In this document: positions 47,127 through 50,147 of the stretch, one piece after another | How positions within the stretch are numbered: position 1 is the stretch's first letter | How the letters are laid out: the number at the start of each line of letters is the position of its first letter | Assembly (NCBI GenBank): GCA_034722435.1 | Contig: JAYENX010000056.1 | Coordinates: forward strand, 9,181 to 59,327 | DNA: 50,147 nt | Source: Nanobdellota archaeon | GTDB taxonomy: Archaea > Nanobdellota > Nanobdellia > Woesearchaeales > JAHWHD01 | Reading direction: 5' to 3' | Translations under genes and position numbers: made by a program | The notes under the pieces: generated by a model | Told to the model about the DNA's origin: nothing | Databases searched by the model: none | What the model saw: the letters and a program-made list of their open reading frames with translations, nothing else

Positions 47127-47438
47127 ATGGAAGAATATCCTGAACAAAATACAAAAGTGGAAGCAGATTGCGGTTGTGGAAGTTGTTGTAGTGAACATGA
47201 AGAAGATTCTAGTGACGATGAAGAATGGACAACAGAAGATACTGCTTATGAAGCACATAACATGATAGATGGTCTGATTGAAGTGCTTGAGAAGAAAGGA
47301 ATAATTACAAGAAACGAAGTTGAAACAATGATTGATCAGATGCTTGATAATAATGAATGTGAAGATGAAAGTGACGACTCTGATGAAGAAGAAAGTAGTG
47401 AAAATAATAGTGAAGAACCAAAGGAAGAAAGTAATTAA
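47127..47438 (+). CDS. Acidic protein with CGCGSCC cluster
   Basis: GGTGAGGTG SD before the ATG at 47127; ADCGCGSCCSEHEE; LIEVLEKKGII helix. Confidence 0.65.
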   Translation: MEEYPEQNTKVEADCGCGSCCSEHEEDSSDDEEWTTEDTAYEAHNMIDGLIEVLEKKGIITRNEVETMIDQMLDNNECEDESDDSDEEESSENNSEEPKEESN

Positions 47439-47468
47439 GTTACAAAAAGGAGTTATAAGGTGAGAGGG

Positions 47469-48137
47469 TTAGGAGTCGAAAAACTCTATCTCTCCCTTAT
47501 GATATATTCCTTTTTTTAATTCTACAGGGCGCCAGGTGTCAAGGACAAGCTCTGATTTAAGCCATTGTGCAAGTTCTTCCGGATTACCTATAGTTGCTGA
47601 AAGGCCAATGTATTGAGCTCTTGGCAAAAGTTGTTTTAAGATAGTTAAAAGGATTTCTAGAGTTGGACCTCTACCAGGATCGTTAAGAAGGTGTATCTCG
47701 TCAACCACTATTGTAGCTACATCTTTAAGCCAGGGTGTATGATGACGTATAAGAGAATCTAACTTTTCTGAGGTTGTGATAATGAGATCGTAGTTAGCAA
47801 GGTATGTGTCTTTCTTATCCATATCACCAATTGACAAAGATATGTTTGCATGTTCGCTATACCTTTTCATAAAACTTCTGAACTTTTCAGTCGCTAGTGC
47901 TTTAAGCGGAACAATGTAAATAGCTTTACCAACCCTGTTAATAATGGATGAGAGCATTGCGAACTCCGCTATCAAAGTTTTACCTGAAGCAGTAGGTGTA
48001 CAGATAAGAAGACTTTTTCTTTCAAGAAGACCTGCATTGATTGCTTTCTCTTGGCTAGGTCTGAGTTCGTCAATATCAGGTTTAAGAATATCGTAAAGTT
48101 CTGCAGGAATCTTTGATTTTATATCTTCAAGTTTCAT
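47469..48137 (-). CDS. Hel308/Ski2-like DExH helicase, N-terminal RecA domain only (222 aa)
   Basis: LRPSQ, TPTASGKT, VPLKALA, TTSEK, DEIH, LSAT, WRPVEL, then stop. Confidence 0.9.
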   Translation of the reverse strand: MKLEDIKSKIPAELYDILKPDIDELRPSQEKAINAGLLERKSLLICTPTASGKTLIAEFAMLSSIINRVGKAIYIVPLKALATEKFRSFMKRYSEHANISLSIGDMDKKDTYLANYDLIITTSEKLDSLIRHHTPWLKDVATIVVDEIHLLNDPGRGPTLEILLTILKQLLPRAQYIGLSATIGNPEELAQWLKSELVLDTWRPVELKKGIYHKGEIEFFDS

Positions 48138-48228
48138 TTTAAAGTATAGTTGTAAGTTTGTAAGTTCATAAGTTTGTGTTAAAGTAAAGAGCGATTATAA
48201 TATATATGAATAGGTGGTTTAAATAGGT

Positions 48229-49779
48229 TTATGGTCTTTGATCAGGGTTAGTGTCTTCAGTTATTTCTATTCTATAATTAAAACGTAATGACAGTTGTAG
48301 TATATCATCAGATAGTTCTTTAACTCCGATAAGGCCGCGAGGTTGGCCAATACCTTGAGACTCATGTTTATGTTTCTGTGGCGCTGGTTTATTTTTTACG
48401 TTTCGCAAGTTAGTAGCGGTTTTCATGATTTGTTTTCGACGTTCAGGTGAAATTTCTTGATAATGCTCCAGTAAAAAATCGGATCTAGTAGGGTGTCTTA
48501 AACTTTTCAAAGCTTTAGCTTCAATCTGTCTAATACGTTCTCTAGTAACATCGAATTTTAAACCTACTTCTTCGAGCGTTAACCCTCCTTGATTGCGGTT
48601 TCCAATTCCGAATCTAAAACGAAGTACAGATGCTTCTCTTGGATCTAAAGTATCTAGAACTGTTTCAAGGTCTTGTTTCAGTGTCGAGTCTGTGGCTGCC
48701 TGTTCCACGTCAAGTGCATTAGAATCAGGCACGAAATCGCCCAAGTACGAATTATCTCCGTCAGATCCTAAAGGAGTTTCAAGAGAAATAGGATTTTGTG
48801 CGGTTTTAAGTACATCTTCAACCTTTTTAGGGGACATCTTCATAGCCTCAGCAACCTCTAGAGTGGTTGCAGGCCTACCTAATTGCTGCGTAAGGTATAT
48901 TTGATGAGTTCGGACTTTGTTAATCATCTCGTTCATATGTACAGGAACTCTAACAGTTCTTGACTGGTCAGCTATAGCTCTAGTGATTGACTGACGAATC
49001 CACCATATTGCGTAAGTAGAAAATTTGAAACCTTTCCTGTACTTAAACTTCTCAACAGCACGGATAAGGCCTTGGTTACCTTCCTGGATAACGTCTTGTA
49101 AAGAAAGTCCTCGCCCGGAATATTTTCTTGCAACATTAACCACCAGTTTAAGATTAGCATTTATCATAAGGTCTTTAGCTACTTTATCACCCTTTTCTAT
49201 TCGTTTTGCAAGTTCGGCCTCATCTTCTCGCGAAAGAAGAGCGGTTCTGGCAATCTCCGTAAGATATGATTGAACATTATCGCTAAGTACAGTCGCAGTT
49301 TTTTTATTCTTTTTACCAGATTTAGCAGTCTTAGATTCTTTAGGTTTTATTATGATAGAACCATCACCATTAACATTATCCTCTTCATCCCCATCAATCC
49401 CGTAATCATCATTAATCCGATTAATTGACATGATATAAGATTCGAAGCAAGTGTTGAAACTATAAATGGAAAGTTCAGAATAAGAAAAATTAATATCTTC
49501 TTTAGCAAGGTCAAGGTCTTCCAATAGGGATTCTAATTGTTCAGGTTGAATCACATTTTGTTGGAGGGCATCAGAAGAAATAATGTCATCAGTCAATGCT
49601 CTAGATTGTAAAGAGGCTGCAAGGAAGTAAGTATCCTCGTCAACCTTTCGCATAGTTGATTGCGATAAATATGTTATATACTCTTGGGTACATCCTACAC
49701 GTTCAAGTTCAACAGTATTTATCCAAGTAAGGGGTTCTGCGTTTGTTATAAGATTTAGATATTTTTTAGAGGGATTCAT
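48229..49779 (-). CDS. Primary-type (RpoD/SigA-like) sigma-70 family protein
   Basis: Region 1.2 [10 protein letters not shown]; 2.1-2.4 [43 protein letters not shown]; region 3 PISLETP; 4.2 [19 protein letters not shown]. Confidence 0.95.
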   Translation of the reverse strand: MNPSKKYLNLITNAEPLTWINTVELERVGCTQEYITYLSQSTMRKVDEDTYFLAASLQSRALTDDIISSDALQQNVIQPEQLESLLEDLDLAKEDINFSYSELSIYSFNTCFESYIMSINRINDDYGIDGDEEDNVNGDGSIIIKPKESKTAKSGKKNKKTATVLSDNVQSYLTEIARTALLSREDEAELAKRIEKGDKVAKDLMINANLKLVVNVARKYSGRGLSLQDVIQEGNQGLIRAVEKFKYRKGFKFSTYAIWWIRQSITRAIADQSRTVRVPVHMNEMINKVRTHQIYLTQQLGRPATTLEVAEAMKMSPKKVEDVLKTAQNPISLETPLGSDGDNSYLGDFVPDSNALDVEQAATDSTLKQDLETVLDTLDPREASVLRFRFGIGNRNQGGLTLEEVGLKFDVTRERIRQIEAKALKSLRHPTRSDFLLEHYQEISPERRKQIMKTATNLRNVKNKPAPQKHKHESQGIGQPRGLIGVKELSDDILQLSLRFNYRIEITEDTNPDQRP

Positions 49780-50147
49780 TTTTTAATGGGTTCAGTGTTT
49801 TCATATTGTTGGATTTTCGGAATTTTAGGCCTTATTGCTTTCAGTACTTTATAATGAACATAGAGTTTACCCCCGATCACCATACTTGTAGCGAGTAAAG
49901 GTTGAATTTTTTCTGATCGTCCATGTCTCCCCGTACGAATATGGCTAAATGTTACACCTAATGTTTTTTTTGTTGTATTTGCATGTTCAGCCATTTCGTC
50001 CATCGACATATACCCCGGAGGCACGTCTATTTTTTTATAGGGTGTGCGTTTACAAGAAGGCGCCTTTTGGTTATGTATAAATTCGCATAATTCTTCAAGG
50101 TCTTCTTGAGGATAGTACCTGTATCCAAATCTTCTTTCTAAACTTTT
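49776..50147 (-). CDS. MerR-like HTH protein, 5' end beyond the window
   Basis: Frame is open to the window edge: [20 protein letters not shown]...[21 protein letters not shown]; ATGA overlap with the sigma start. Confidence 0.6.
   Translation of the reverse strand, partial: KSLERRFGYRYYPQEDLEELCEFIHNQKAPSCKRTPYKKIDVPPGYMSMDEMAEHANTTKKTLGVTFSHIRTGRHGRSEKIQPLLATSMVIGGKLYVHYKVLKAIRPKIPKIQQYENTEPIKK

Overview
AT-rich window from a DPANN archaeon. The best fit is Woesearchaeota/Nanoarchaeota-like, based on archaeal 16S/23S, TFB, aIF6, Kae1, prefoldin alpha and eL41; the exact taxon is inference. 0.5-8 kb: TFB, opposed by a thioredoxin / split MMPL / S-layer operon. 9-32 kb: mostly accessory genes, including secreted and lipobox proteins (serpin, PI-PLC, Cys-rich repeat proteins), a YaaA-like + GIY-YIG pair, and a RelBE-type module flanked by 33-bp direct repeats. 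33-41 kb: a full-length bacterial-type Rel (RelA/SpoT) converging on a 16S-tRNA(Ala)-23S operon, then a tRNA cluster. I could parse nine short ORF-less bulge-helix-bulge (BHB) introns by hand: two in 16S, one in 23S and six in four tRNAs. One of these tRNAs is Ile with a UAU anticodon. 42-50 kb: scpA-eif6-pfdA-ftsY, a half-length Hel308-like helicase, and an apparently intact bacterial RpoD-type sigma-70 gene coupled to a MerR-like HTH gene. The most striking signals are the sigma-70 and Rel genes in an archaeon, and the BHB mini-introns in functional rRNA loops while the pre-rRNA processing stems lack a BHB. All family assignments come from motif recognition by eye; no searches were run.
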